NCBI GenBank assembly: GCA_963796105.1
Contig: CAWCKJ010000003.1
Span: 608,001-672,000, forward strand
Source of the DNA: a candidate division FCPU426 bacterium
GTDB lineage: Bacteria; Oederibacteriota; Muellerivitia; Muellerivitales; Muellerivitaceae
Reading direction: 5' to 3'
DNA: 64,000 nt
The notes beneath the pieces are model-generated. The model worked only from the letters and a program-made list of their open reading frames with translations, had not been told where the DNA came from and did not search any database. The first letter of the stretch is position 1. Each line of letters starts with the position of its first letter. The position numbers were made by a program, and so were the translations under genes. Shown here piece after piece: positions 8,914-19,247 of this stretch.

Positions 8914-10256
8914 ATGAAAAAAACCACAATAGTTATTCTGTTTTGCGGTGTTGTTTTTGGCCTTTGGTCTTTATCCCACGGCCAAACCCCGAGGGAAACC
9001 CCCTCCAAGGACGTTTCGCCGCTGCGCAAGTACGCCTATGGAAAGTCCGGGGAATGGCTTTACGAGAGCCTGCAAACCCTTCGGCTCCCGAAAACAAGGC
9101 CCTTGAAACTGACCGAAAGGAAACTCAACCTTCCGGTGGATTGGAGCCTCCAGGGCAAGGAAAACCAGGAGGTTTTTCCCCTCTCCAACCTCCGAGCGGT
9201 GGATTACAAAGACAAATCCAAGTCCGCGACAGCCTTCTTTGCCGGGTTCCGCGTAAAATATTACGCGAATGGAGGCAGTCTCTTTGACCAGTACGAAACC
9301 CAACTCAAGATTTCCAAACACCTGACAAACGGGCAGAAAAATATAATCCTGGGCCAAGAACCTCAAACGAGGAACCGCTCGATTGTTTTTTACCTGGCCT
9401 TCAAGAGAAGCCAGGTTCAGATTGTCTATTATCCCGGGAAAATTCTGTTCAAGGGCGGGGACCGGAACCATATGGAAAAATGGCTTCCCGCGGTGCCCGA
9501 GAAGATGAAAAACGGTTTGAGGAGGGATTACGCCCTTGTCCAGGATTCCCACGGCCTTCTCGGCCTATTCAACGGGACTTTTGAAAGGGTTGACAACTTC
9601 CTGAGGTGGAATGAACCGGGCGGGGCCAGGAAGTACGGCGGTTTGTGCTACGATTTCACCACCCTGGAGGAACCCCAGGAGGAAATGGCCACCTTTGCCA
9701 TATACAAGAAAGGAAGGGTGGCCTTGGGAACCTATAAGAGCCTTCCCCAGAAACAAGATATCCGAACTTTCGTGCAAAACCGATTTATGGTCATCGAAAA
9801 CGGAAAACCCGCCAGGGACGCTGATCCCGATTCCTTCTGCGAGTTCCACGACAATATCGCGCGTTCCTACCTATTCACGGATAAATACGGCCGAATCGGT
9901 TACATCTGGACCCTTTACACACCGCCGAACGTCCTAGCCCCCATCGCGCTGAAAATGGGCGTGGAAAACATGATGCTTTTGGACATTCACGCTCCCGTGA
10001 GCTGCTCCATCGCCGACCCGACGGGACCCCTGTTTTTTCATCCTGGCGGGACTACATGAAAAGATCCTTCGACCTGGTACCGAACTTCTTCAAGCTCTCC
10101 CCATTGAAATCCTCAATCGCGTGGTTGTCCGAGGCATTGCAGAGCCGGATCCAGACTCATTATTCCAAGGAAGCCTTCGAGCTGGGAACCGAGGCCTATT
10201 TCGGGGTTTTTATGCGGGGTTCTCCCGAGGCAAAAAGAGTCCGGGAGGTTCGATAA
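8914..10256 (+). pseudogene. Exported hypothetical protein split by a 1-nt frameshift near 10033-10038; C-terminal part weakly resembles phosphodiester glycosidase-like domains
   Basis: Signal peptide MKKTTIVILFCG. ORFs 8914-10059 and 10056-10256 fuse if one T is added to the T6 run (…LFFSSWRDYMKRSF…). Confidence 0.6.
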
Positions 10257-10276
10257 CCCAACCGTTGGTTTATTCT

Positions 10277-11599
10277 TCAGGACAGCTTATCAAGCCTGGA
10301 GCGCACGTAAGCGACGGTTTCCTTCAAGCTGTAGAGCATCGGGATGAAGTTGCTGGAAACCCGTACCCGGTTGACCCTGTCTTCCAAATGCTTCATACGG
10401 GCCAAAATATCCTCACCAGGCGGCTTACCACCCAGCTTGTCAATCTCCCTCTCCAACCAATGAAGCTCGCCGTAAAGCAGGAAAATTTTTCTCTGCATTC
10501 TCCATCCGTAGAGGGACGCCAAACCTTTGCCCAGGGGATAAAGCAGGCCAATCACCGGCAGAAGAAGGACCACCGCTTGTTCCACCAGCGCCGCGAGCCA
10601 GAAAGGCATGTAACGCTGCAGGAAAGGCCGTCCGGACTTGTAGAAATGCCTCGCGTCATTGCTCAACTCGATCTCGAGGGCTTCCGGCGCCGGAAACTCC
10701 CCGGCTTTTTGGAAAACCCCGGCGTGTGAATGGATCTGCGAGGCGGTTTCCAGCAATAAATACTGAAGGGCCGGATGCAGGTCACCCCGCACAATGAGGC
10801 TGGTTTTCGTGGCAAGCAAGGCCGTGTCACGGGGAGGCAGATCGTTTTCCAAATCCCCGATTCCCGCCGGAAGGACCCTCTTGTATAAGGCGGGAAAGAG
10901 CGCCACATAAGCGTCGGCCCGGCCAAAGCTGGCCAAATCGATCCCCTCGGTCGTTATCAACTGCCGGATAATCGGGGAACCCCAATTCAGCATGAGAACC
11001 GCGGCGTCAATCTTCCCCTTGAGCAATTGCGAGGTGGCCTCCTCCGGGGAAAGGTTCAGTTCGTGAAACGATCCGATATCCAGGGCGTTTCGTTTCAAAA
11101 GCTCATCCATTAATGCGCGGGAATCGCTCCCCTCCGGCCCGACCGAAACTCGTTTTCCCCGGAAGGCGAACAAACCTAAATCAGATGTAACTTTGCGGGA
11201 GAAGAACCATACAGGTTCATACCCCAGAGTACCCAGGGAAACGAGAGCGGGGGAGTCAGTGTCGGAAGCCACTCCTCCTTCCACGAAACCCAATTGGACC
11301 CCCGAATGAGAATCACGAAGAAGCTTGAGGTTCTCCACCCCTCCTGCGGTAGGCCGCAGGATCAAGTCAATCCCCTCTTTCGCCAGCAATATCTTGTAGT
11401 GTTTTCCCCACCAGGCATAAGAGCTTCCTTCCGGACCTGTGGCCATGGTGATAGTGCGGGGAGGGAGCGGATGAATCGCGGAGAAAAGCCAAAAGATGGC
11501 GGCTATGATGACCAACGCGAAAATGATAACAGTCTTCACTATTTTCCTTGGGGGAATAGGCCGTAACCCATCAAGATTATGGACCGGTTTGTTCACCAT
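10277..11599 (-). CDS. TAXI-family TRAP solute-binding-like protein, membrane-anchored type
   Basis: PPRTITMATGPEGSSY, GGVENLKLL, YEPVWFF, VSVGPEGS, PFLQRYMPFW plus a C-terminal TM helix. Confidence 0.85.
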   Translation of the reverse strand: MVNKPVHNLDGLRPIPPRKIVKTVIIFALVIIAAIFWLFSAIHPLPPRTITMATGPEGSSYAWWGKHYKILLAKEGIDLILRPTAGGVENLKLLRDSHSGVQLGFVEGGVASDTDSPALVSLGTLGYEPVWFFSRKVTSDLGLFAFRGKRVSVGPEGSDSRALMDELLKRNALDIGSFHELNLSPEEATSQLLKGKIDAAVLMLNWGSPIIRQLITTEGIDLASFGRADAYVALFPALYKRVLPAGIGDLENDLPPRDTALLATKTSLIVRGDLHPALQYLLLETASQIHSHAGVFQKAGEFPAPEALEIELSNDARHFYKSGRPFLQRYMPFWLAALVEQAVVLLLPVIGLLYPLGKGLASLYGWRMQRKIFLLYGELHWLEREIDKLGGKPPGEDILARMKHLEDRVNRVRVSSNFIPMLYSLKETVAYVRSRLDKLS

Positions 11600-11696
11600 G
11601 CAGCGCTCCTTTTGAGGCCTTCAAATTCCGCATTTCGTAAAATCAGTTCCAGTCAATCACCAATATTTATAAATATAATCGGAAGGTCAAGCCTCT

Positions 11697-12311
11697 TTAT
11701 TTCGGGGGAAATGAATGCGTGACCGTGATAAGCCCAGGATACTCCAACGCTTGACCCGCGATGGTCATATAAGGCTTTACCTGGAGTGTCACCTTGGTGG
11801 GGGCGGAACCCTCTCCCGCAATGCCCATGGCTAGGTTGACCATCGAGTCCAAATTGTTCCCCGAGAGCGCCTTGACCAGGTCGAGGGAGATGTCCAGGGG
11901 AAGAGCGCTGATTCCCCCATTGGGCGCGATCTCAACCGCCTTCTCCATGGTTCCGTTCGTCAACTGGTTACCGTCCACGAGAAGCACCCACTCCATTTTG
12001 CTCAAGCCAGCGGGAGAAGCGTTCGGGTTCTGGACCTCCAGATTGACCGTAAACTGGAGCGGCAGGGACCCCGCCGAAAAGGCCTCCTGGAGCTTGAGCA
12101 GGTTCAAGGCGCTGATATCGGAAATGCTGTCCCCCTGGAGAACGATTCCAGCCAACGAGGCTTTATCCACCGAGGCCAGCCTGAATTGGCACTTGGTGAA
12201 TGTCGTCATTTCGTTCACCTGTTTCATCACTTCCGAGCAACCGGAAATAACAAAAGCGCCTAAAGTCATTAAGCCTATTAAACCCATCCTTCCCCTTCTC
12301 GAAATTCTCAT
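11697..12311 (-). CDS. Lipoprotein, LEA-2/WHy-like fold
   Basis: Lipobox ISGC; LEVQNPN motif typical of LEA-2-like domains. Confidence 0.7.
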   Translation of the reverse strand: MRISRRGRMGLIGLMTLGAFVISGCSEVMKQVNEMTTFTKCQFRLASVDKASLAGIVLQGDSISDISALNLLKLQEAFSAGSLPLQFTVNLEVQNPNASPAGLSKMEWVLLVDGNQLTNGTMEKAVEIAPNGGISALPLDISLDLVKALSGNNLDSMVNLAMGIAGEGSAPTKVTLQVKPYMTIAGQALEYPGLITVTHSFPPK

Positions 12312-12324
12312 GGATTTTCCTCTT

Positions 12325-12597
12325 TCAAAGTTCTTGTTTTTGAGAGTCCATCAAATAAGCGCCGCTCCTTTTCCCGCTAAACGGCCTTTCACAATCCCAG
12401 CAAAAAAGATCCTCCCCCTCAATCGAACAACCGCCCGAAATGATGAGTTTATCGTTCTGAAGACCCGCATAATGATCCGGAAGCTGTGAAGTCATATGGC
12501 CATAGACAATCAAAGCCAATTTTTCACCCTTGCAACGTGGGCAAGTCTCGGTTTTTAAATATTCCCTGATATCCTTTTCATTCACAGGTCTATTCAT
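12325..12597 (-). CDS. Small putative zinc-binding protein
   Basis: CPRC...IVYG...GGC...CWDC; GGAGAAAGAGG SD. Confidence 0.7.
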   Translation of the reverse strand: MNRPVNEKDIREYLKTETCPRCKGEKLALIVYGHMTSQLPDHYAGLQNDKLIISGGCSIEGEDLFCWDCERPFSGKRSGAYLMDSQKQEL

Positions 12598-12632
12598 CCT
12601 CTTTCTCCAAACAGGCTTGATTAAATATCAAA

Positions 12633-12872
12633 TCAGGCCTGGGTGTCAAATCCGGAAGAGGGGCCGTCCCCCCTCGAGCCAGGGGGACGATCGGACCGGT
12701 TCCCTTCCTTTTGCTTTCGTTCCCTCCTCATTTTCCGCCTCCGCAGGATCATTTGGTATCGAAGGTACCTCGCCAAGGGCCGCAGGGGTCGTAGGACGAA
12801 ATCCCTCGCGTTTCGGTTGGGATCCGAACCCGCGACGGGATCAAGGGGAGGTATAGGATCTTCATGGGGCAA
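12633..12872 (-). CDS. Small hypothetical protein (79 aa), similar to 8448-8684
   Basis: GAGGTG SD before a TTG start; shared terminal motifs with 8448-8684. Confidence 0.55.
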   Translation of the reverse strand: MPHEDPIPPLDPVAGSDPNRNARDFVLRPLRPLARYLRYQMILRRRKMRRERKQKEGNRSDRPPGSRGDGPSSGFDTQA

Positions 12873-13029
12873 GCAGCACCTCGCAGTTCTTCTTTTGTCA
12901 TCATCCCATTCGCCCTATTGTATCAAATGTTCATTGTCCCCAGAATTTATACTCAAGCATTCTGTCCGGAACATGATTTTCCTCCATTTACAAAAATCGC
13001 CACGGGGTCTAAATTAACCCAACGTCAAA

Positions 13030-14316
13030 TTGGACATTTCCGGAGAAACAAACTTGGTAGAAAAAAATCTCAACTTGAAATGGACGGTCATCTATCTGAT
13101 TGTCTGTTCCATTCCCCTTTTTGCTTTTTTCTTTTCCGTCCAGATGACCGGAATCATTCACCACCGGGTAGTGGGCAATTACCTGGTTTACGCCCCGGAT
13201 TTGTGCCTTCTTTTGGTGGCCATCCTGGGCTGGCAGATCAACCAAACCCGGGTGTTTTGGGCTTCCCTGGCCCTATTAGGGCTTTATCATTACCTCCTCC
13301 AGCCCACCTCTTTATTCACTCTGGAGGCAAACAGGCTCAAATCATTCGATATCACCGCTGTGGCTTTCCCCCTTTTCCTGGCCATTCTTTTTTCCATCAA
13401 GGAAAGCAAGCTTTTCAGCGACCAAACCTTGACCCGCGTCCTCCTCTCCCTCTGCCCCTTCATCTTCTTGTCCGCCCTGTACGGATGGGCCCCTGACATT
13501 CCACAAAAAGTTTTTTTCTGGAATATCCTTTCAACCAAGTTCTCGGCTTGGCCGGATATCACCCTCCTTTCCATGGCCATCCTTGGCTTGGCCGCCTTCA
13601 TCCTGGACGATGCCAAGATCAAGCCATTCCTTTCAGCCATCCTGACCACCTTAATCCCGTTGTATCTGGCCCTCTACGCCAGCCTTGTCCCGTCCGCCGT
13701 CACCCCGAGGGGCGACGCCCCTTTCCATGTGATTCTTTCCATGACCGCCCTCTCCGGGATCCTGCTCCATTCCATCCTTCACACCTATTGGCGGCGCGTG
13801 TACCACGACGCCTTGACCGGCATCCCGAATCGCCAGGCCCTGGATGAGAGGCTCCACACCTTGAGCGGAACCTTCGCCCTGGCCATGGTGGACATCGACC
13901 ATTTCAAGAATTTCAACGATACCTTTGGCCATGAGGAGGGGGATAACGTACTGAGGATGGTGGCCCAACACCTCCAAAGCCATCTGGGGTCCAAGGCTTT
14001 CCGCTATGGAGGGGAGGAATTTTGCGTGGTTTTCGAGGGGGAAGAAACTGCCGACGCCGAAAAACTACTGGAGGAAACCCGGGAGGGACTGGAAAACAGG
14101 AAGTTCACGATCCGAGCCCGGCGGCGGCGCAAGGGAGAAAGCGAGAGGGCTTTCAAGGCCAGGGATGGAGGAACGTCGGTCAAGATCACCGTCAGCGTGG
14201 GGGTCGCGACGGCCGGAGCCAAAGCCTCGTCCTCACACCAGGTCATAAAAAAGGCCGACCAGGCCCTTTACCAGGCCAAGGACAGGGGACGCAACCGCGT
14301 TGTCCTGGCGGAATAA
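13030..14316 (+). CDS. Membrane-bound diguanylate cyclase (GGDEF domain)
   Basis: About 8 TM segments, then DALTGIPNR, DIDHFKNFNDTFGHEEGD, FRYGGEEF, ADQALYQAKDRGRNR. Confidence 0.95.
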   Translation: MDISGETNLVEKNLNLKWTVIYLIVCSIPLFAFFFSVQMTGIIHHRVVGNYLVYAPDLCLLLVAILGWQINQTRVFWASLALLGLYHYLLQPTSLFTLEANRLKSFDITAVAFPLFLAILFSIKESKLFSDQTLTRVLLSLCPFIFLSALYGWAPDIPQKVFFWNILSTKFSAWPDITLLSMAILGLAAFILDDAKIKPFLSAILTTLIPLYLALYASLVPSAVTPRGDAPFHVILSMTALSGILLHSILHTYWRRVYHDALTGIPNRQALDERLHTLSGTFALAMVDIDHFKNFNDTFGHEEGDNVLRMVAQHLQSHLGSKAFRYGGEEFCVVFEGEETADAEKLLEETREGLENRKFTIRARRRRKGESERAFKARDGGTSVKITVSVGVATAGAKASSSHQVIKKADQALYQAKDRGRNRVVLAE

Positions 14317-14324
14317 CCTAGCGG

Positions 14325-14451
14325 GGTGCTGAAAAAGCTCCCAAAACGGACTTTTTCAGCTGACGACAACAGTGGAAACCCCACGATTCCTCCGGAATCT
14401 TTGGGGTCGCAGGCTGCTTTGTGGGCCTATTTTTACTTTTTCAGCAGCCTG
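14325..14451. repeat. Three-hairpin intergenic element, copy 2 (inverted relative to 1215-1339), between convergent genes
   Basis: GCTGAAAAAG/CTTTTTCAGC, ACCCCAC-GATTCC/GGAATC-TTTGGGGT, CAGGCTGCT/AGCAGCCTG. Confidence 0.7.
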
Positions 14452-14507
14452 ATAGGCTTAACAATATTTTCCGGGTAATTCTCAAGAGCCCTTAAACCTT
14501 ATAGACA

Positions 14508-15926
14508 TCAACACTTCTGCAATTCGAGGCTGTATTTCTCCGTTTCCTCGTCAAAAGGAACGGGATATTTGGCTGTGAAACAAGCGGCACAATGCCCCGA
14601 GGGGGTCCCTTCCACCGCTTTCATCATCCCCGCGACCGAAAGATAGGACAGGCTGTCCACCCGAAGGTAGGTCTTGATCTCCTCCAGGCTGTGGGTGGCC
14701 GCGATCAGCTCGTTGCGGCTGGGAAAATCCATGCCGTAAAAGCAGGGCGAGATGATAGGAGGCGAGGTGATGCGCAGATGAACCTGCCGGGCGCCCACGT
14801 TGCGCAGCATCTTGACGATCTTGCGCATGGTGGTTCCCCGCACGATCGAGTCGTCGATCAGGATCACCCTTTTCCCCTCCAGGGATTCCTTGACCGCGTT
14901 GTACTTGAGCCTGGCCCCGAAGTCCCGGATGGATTGGTTGGGTTCTATGAAGGTGCGGCCGATATAGTGGTTGCGGATAAGGCCCAGCTCATAGGGGATC
15001 CCCGACTCCTCGGAGTAACCCGTGGCGGCCATGTTGGAGGAATCCGGAACCGGCACCACCATGTCCCCCTCCACGAATGCCTCCTGGGCCAGGATATGAC
15101 CCAGGCGTTTGCGGACCTTCTGGACGCTGGTGTTGTAAATGCGGGAGTCGGGCCTCGCGAAATATATATACTCGAAAATGCACTGGGAGTGGGTGATGCG
15201 CTCAAATGGCTTGATAGAGACCAAGCCGTTCTCGTTGATGAGGACCATTTCCCCCGGCTCCACGTCCCGCACGTACTTGGCGTCGATGATGTCGAATGCG
15301 CATGTCTCGCTCGCCAGGACCCAGCAATCCTCCAGTTTGCCCAGGCAGAGGGGGCGGAATCCGTTGGGGTCCCGCACGCCGATCAATCCGTCGTCGCATA
15401 GAACCAGGAGCGAGTAGGCTCCCCGAACCTGCTTGAGGGACTCGATCATGCTCTCAATGAGGGTATGGCTGGAATTCCGGGCCAACAGGTGGACGATGAC
15501 CTCCGAGTCCACCGTTGAGACGAAAATAGAGCCACGGGCCTCCAACTCGTCCCGGATGCGCCGGGCGTTGACGAGGTTGCCGTTGTGGGCGATGGCGATG
15601 CTCCCACGGGAATACTCCACCGCGATGGGCTGGGCGTTTCGAAGCTGGGAGGAACCAGTCGTGGAATAACGCACATGCCCGATAGCCGTCTTGCCGGGTA
15701 GTTCCTTGAAAGCTTCCTCGGTGAAAATATCCGCCACCAAGCCCATCCGCTTGTGGTTGTAAAGATGGCCGTCAATCATGGTACAAATGCCCGCGGACTC
15801 CTGGCCACGGTGTTGGAGGGAATGAAGGCCCAGATAGGCGAGTTTTGCGGCCTCAGGGTGGCCGTAGATCCCGAAAACTCCGCACTGATCGTGCGGCTTG
15901 TCATCATCCAACCACTGCTGTGCCAA
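14508..15926 (-). CDS. purF: Amidophosphoribosyltransferase
   Basis: Propeptide then CGVFG, LQHRGQESAG, GHVRYST, CIFEYIYFARPDS, DDSIVRGTT. Confidence 0.98.
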   Translation of the reverse strand: MAQQWLDDDKPHDQCGVFGIYGHPEAAKLAYLGLHSLQHRGQESAGICTMIDGHLYNHKRMGLVADIFTEEAFKELPGKTAIGHVRYSTTGSSQLRNAQPIAVEYSRGSIAIAHNGNLVNARRIRDELEARGSIFVSTVDSEVIVHLLARNSSHTLIESMIESLKQVRGAYSLLVLCDDGLIGVRDPNGFRPLCLGKLEDCWVLASETCAFDIIDAKYVRDVEPGEMVLINENGLVSIKPFERITHSQCIFEYIYFARPDSRIYNTSVQKVRKRLGHILAQEAFVEGDMVVPVPDSSNMAATGYSEESGIPYELGLIRNHYIGRTFIEPNQSIRDFGARLKYNAVKESLEGKRVILIDDSIVRGTTMRKIVKMLRNVGARQVHLRITSPPIISPCFYGMDFPSRNELIAATHSLEEIKTYLRVDSLSYLSVAGMMKAVEGTPSGHCAACFTAKYPVPFDEETEKYSLELQKC

Positions 15927-15949
15927 AGGAAGCTCCTTAATAGATTAAG

Positions 15950-18178
15950 TTATGCCATCATCTTTTCAATGGCCTGGAAATACAAGTCCCCCGCCTGGGA
16001 AACCGGAATCTCCAAGTGGTTCTCAATCACAATCTTTGCCCCTTCCACCAGGCCTATTCTGGAGCAGGGCACCCTGTATTTAACGGCCAGCGCCTCGACC
16101 TTCGCGGCGTCCCCCGGTTTACAGGATAGGATAACACGGGACTGGGACTCTCCAAACATAAGCCCGTCCGCCCGGCCCTTGCCGGGAAGAGATACCTTTG
16201 CGCCCCAAGCAGGAGCTTCATGGGTAAGCCCGGTAAAGCAGCATTCCGCGAAAGCGACCGCGAAGCCGCCGTCGGAACAATCGTGAGCGCTTTGAAGAAG
16301 CCGGCCGTCCGCCATGGCTTTCAGGGCAAGATGCAGGGAATGCTCCGCTTTCAAATCCATCCTCGGGCAAAGACCCGTATTCTGGCCGTGGATTACCTCC
16401 AGGTAGCGGCTTCCCCCGATGGAATCCAGATTCAAGCCCAGGAAATAAACCAGGTCGCCCTCCTTCTTGAACCATTGCGTGACCGCCTTGTCCACTTCCT
16501 CCAGCAACCCGATGACCCCCACAATAGGAGTCGGGTCGATGGCCCCGCCGGGATTCTCGTTATAGAAGGAAACATTGCCGCCGACGATGGGGATGCCGAA
16601 AGCCTGGCAAGCTTCCCCCAGCCCGGCAATGACCCTGTCGAAATAATAATAAACCTCGGGTTTCTCGGGGTTCCCGAAATTCAAACAGTCCGTGAGGCCG
16701 ATAGGCTCGGCTCCGGAACAGGCTATATTTCGGGAGGCCTCCGCCACGACGATTTTTCCGCCCTCATAGGGATCCAAGGCGCAATAGGACCCGATGCCGT
16801 CGATCGCCATGGCCAATCCCATCCTAGTCCCCTTCACCCTGAGGATACCAGAGTCGGATCCTGGGCGGATCAGCGTGTTGGTACGGACCATGTGGTCGTA
16901 CTGATGATAAACCCAGCGCTTGCTTGCGATGGTCGGATCAGCTAAAAGCCTTGCCAGGATTTCGCCAGTGTTGTCCGGAACGGAAATGGAAGATTCATTG
17001 AAAGCCTTGTGTTTTTTTAGGATTGCCGGTTCCGCCTTGGCGGGATGGTAAATCGGGGCCTCCGTCAGGGAATCCGCGGGGACATCCACCACCACATGGC
17101 CCTCTTCCTTGACTACCATTCGTCCGGTATCGGTCACGAACCCGATGGTGGCCGCGTGCAAGTCCCACTTTGCCAGGATTTCGTGAACTTCCTTCTCGCG
17201 GCCCGGTTTGGCGACGAGAAGCATCCGCTCCTGGGACTCGGACAGCAGGATCTCATAGGGTGTCATGCCCTTCTCGCGCTTCGGGACTTTGGCCACGTCG
17301 ATCTCGATACCGGCTCCCCCACGGCTCGCCATCTCACAGGTGGAACAGGTCAGACCCGCGGCCCCCATGTCCTGGATGCCCACTAGGAGGTTTTTATAAA
17401 TTAGTTCAAGGGTGGCTTCCATCAGGAGTTTTTCCATGAAGGGGTCAGCCACCTGGACCGCGCTTCTTTTCTCAGTGGACTCGTCGGTAATCTCGGCGGA
17501 AGCGAAGGTGGCGCCGTGGATTCCGTCCCGGCCCGTGGTGGCCCCGATATAAATGACCGGATTGTTCATGCCGGACGCCCTGGCCCGGATGATCTGTTCG
17601 TGCCGCACCAGCCCTACCGACATGGCGTTGACCAGGCAGTTCTCCCCGTAGCTTTCGTCGAATAGGACCTCCCCCGCCACAGTGGGAATGCCCATGCAAT
17701 TCCCGTAATCCGCGATGCCTCTTACCACGCCGGAAAACAGCCTTTTGACTTTGGGATCGGTCAGGGGGCCGAATCTCAGGGAATTGAGTGAAGCCACGGG
17801 CCTGGCGCCCATGGTGAAAATGTCACGCAGAATGCCCCCCACGCCTGTAGCCGCGCCTTGGTAGGGCTCAATGGCGGAGGGATGGTTGTGGGACTCGACT
17901 TTGAAAGCCACCGCCCAGCCCTCGCCGATGTCCAGGATGCCCGCGTTCTCGCCAGGGCCCTGAAGAACCTTGGGGCCTCTGGTGGGCAGGGTTTTCAGGA
18001 GCGCGCGGGAATGCTTGTATCCGCAATGCTCGCTCCACATGACAGAATAAACGCCTAGTTCCGTCAGGTTGGGTTTGCGTCCCAGAATTTCCTGGATGCG
18101 GAGGTATTCCTCGGGCTTGAGGCCGTGCTCCTTGACCACCTCCGGAGTGATTTCCTTGTCAGCGGTAAAAGGGGTCAT
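15950..18178 (-). CDS. purL: Phosphoribosylformylglycinamidine synthase subunit L
   Basis: [33 protein letters not shown]. Start at ATG 18178 overlapping the purQ stop (ATGA). Confidence 0.98.
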   Translation of the reverse strand: MTPFTADKEITPEVVKEHGLKPEEYLRIQEILGRKPNLTELGVYSVMWSEHCGYKHSRALLKTLPTRGPKVLQGPGENAGILDIGEGWAVAFKVESHNHPSAIEPYQGAATGVGGILRDIFTMGARPVASLNSLRFGPLTDPKVKRLFSGVVRGIADYGNCMGIPTVAGEVLFDESYGENCLVNAMSVGLVRHEQIIRARASGMNNPVIYIGATTGRDGIHGATFASAEITDESTEKRSAVQVADPFMEKLLMEATLELIYKNLLVGIQDMGAAGLTCSTCEMASRGGAGIEIDVAKVPKREKGMTPYEILLSESQERMLLVAKPGREKEVHEILAKWDLHAATIGFVTDTGRMVVKEEGHVVVDVPADSLTEAPIYHPAKAEPAILKKHKAFNESSISVPDNTGEILARLLADPTIASKRWVYHQYDHMVRTNTLIRPGSDSGILRVKGTRMGLAMAIDGIGSYCALDPYEGGKIVVAEASRNIACSGAEPIGLTDCLNFGNPEKPEVYYYFDRVIAGLGEACQAFGIPIVGGNVSFYNENPGGAIDPTPIVGVIGLLEEVDKAVTQWFKKEGDLVYFLGLNLDSIGGSRYLEVIHGQNTGLCPRMDLKAEHSLHLALKAMADGRLLQSAHDCSDGGFAVAFAECCFTGLTHEAPAWGAKVSLPGKGRADGLMFGESQSRVILSCKPGDAAKVEALAVKYRVPCSRIGLVEGAKIVIENHLEIPVSQAGDLYFQAIEKMMA

Positions 18179-18873
18179 TTCGCGGCCGCCATGGCGGTGA
18201 GGATGGAATTCCATATGAATTTGCCATCGCTGCTGCCCAACAAGTCTTCCCCGGTCCTGTCCGGATGGGGCATGAGGCCGAAGACGTTTCTTTTCGCGTC
18301 GCAAACACCCGCGATATTCTCAAGCGATCCGTTGGGATTGGAGTCAGGCGTGATCCGGCCCTGCGGATCGCAGTAGCGCACGATGACCTGGTGGTTATCC
18401 GAAAGCTTTTTCAACCCGTCGGAATCGATGAAATAATTCCCTTCCCCGTGCGCGATGGGGATTTTCAAGACCTGCCCGGCCCGGCAAGAGCGAGTAAAAG
18501 GAGTGTCGGTCTCTTCCACGCGGATATAGACGTAACGGCAGCTGAACTGGAGGCTTTTGTTTCGGATCAAGGCACCCGGAAGCAGGCCCGCCTCGCAAAG
18601 GATTTGGAATCCATTACAAATGCCGATCACCAGGCCGCCCTTGGCGGCGAAATCCGCCACAGACCTCATGACGGGTGAGAAGCGGGCGATCGCGCCCGTA
18701 CGCAGGTAATCGCCATAGGAAAACCCACCCGGAACCACAACGCAATCGGGGTTTCGAAGGTCTGTGTCCTTGTGCCAGACCATTTCCACCGGCTGGCCCA
18801 TGACCTCCCTGATCACGTACTCGCAATCATGGTCGCAATTGGAACCTGGAAAAACCGTCACCGAAAATCTCAC
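18175..18873 (-). CDS. purQ: FGAM synthase glutaminase subunit
   Basis: [38 protein letters not shown]. Confidence 0.98.
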   Translation of the reverse strand: MRFSVTVFPGSNCDHDCEYVIREVMGQPVEMVWHKDTDLRNPDCVVVPGGFSYGDYLRTGAIARFSPVMRSVADFAAKGGLVIGICNGFQILCEAGLLPGALIRNKSLQFSCRYVYIRVEETDTPFTRSCRAGQVLKIPIAHGEGNYFIDSDGLKKLSDNHQVIVRYCDPQGRITPDSNPNGSLENIAGVCDAKRNVFGLMPHPDRTGEDLLGSSDGKFIWNSILTAMAAAK

Positions 18874-18961
18874 TTAAATCCTCTTTTTCCCATCAGGGAG
18901 TCGTTCAAGATCACGGCTTGGCGTTTCAATCCCCGGTTCCCGCGGGTATCGACACGGGAAT

Positions 18962-19228
18962 TCACTTTTTTTCAACCGTAAACCGGTAGGATTCGATATT
19001 GGGGTTGGCCAGGAGCTTGTCGCAGATCTCGTCAATCTGTTTTTTAACCTCGGCCTCCGAAAGGCCGCCGTCGAATTCCATCTCAGTAAACTTGCCCATC
19101 CGGACACCCTGGACGGACTTGTATCCCATCTGGTTCAAGGCCCTTTGCACCGTGGCCCCCTGGGGGTCCATGACCGAAGGTTTTAGTGTGACATAAACGC
19201 TCGCGTGCCAGATCATTCTCGGCTCCAT
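18962..19228 (-). CDS. purS: FGAM synthase subunit S
   Basis: VTLKPSVMDPQG, VRMGK, LLANPNIE. Confidence 0.96.
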   Translation of the reverse strand: MEPRMIWHASVYVTLKPSVMDPQGATVQRALNQMGYKSVQGVRMGKFTEMEFDGGLSEAEVKKQIDEICDKLLANPNIESYRFTVEKK

Positions 19229-19247
19229 TCAGTATTAAACTGGGTTT

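Noticed and set aside
18905..18961. Regulatory RNA between purS and purQ
   Set aside because: Only a single short hairpin (TTCCCG/CGGGAA) is visible; insufficient support.
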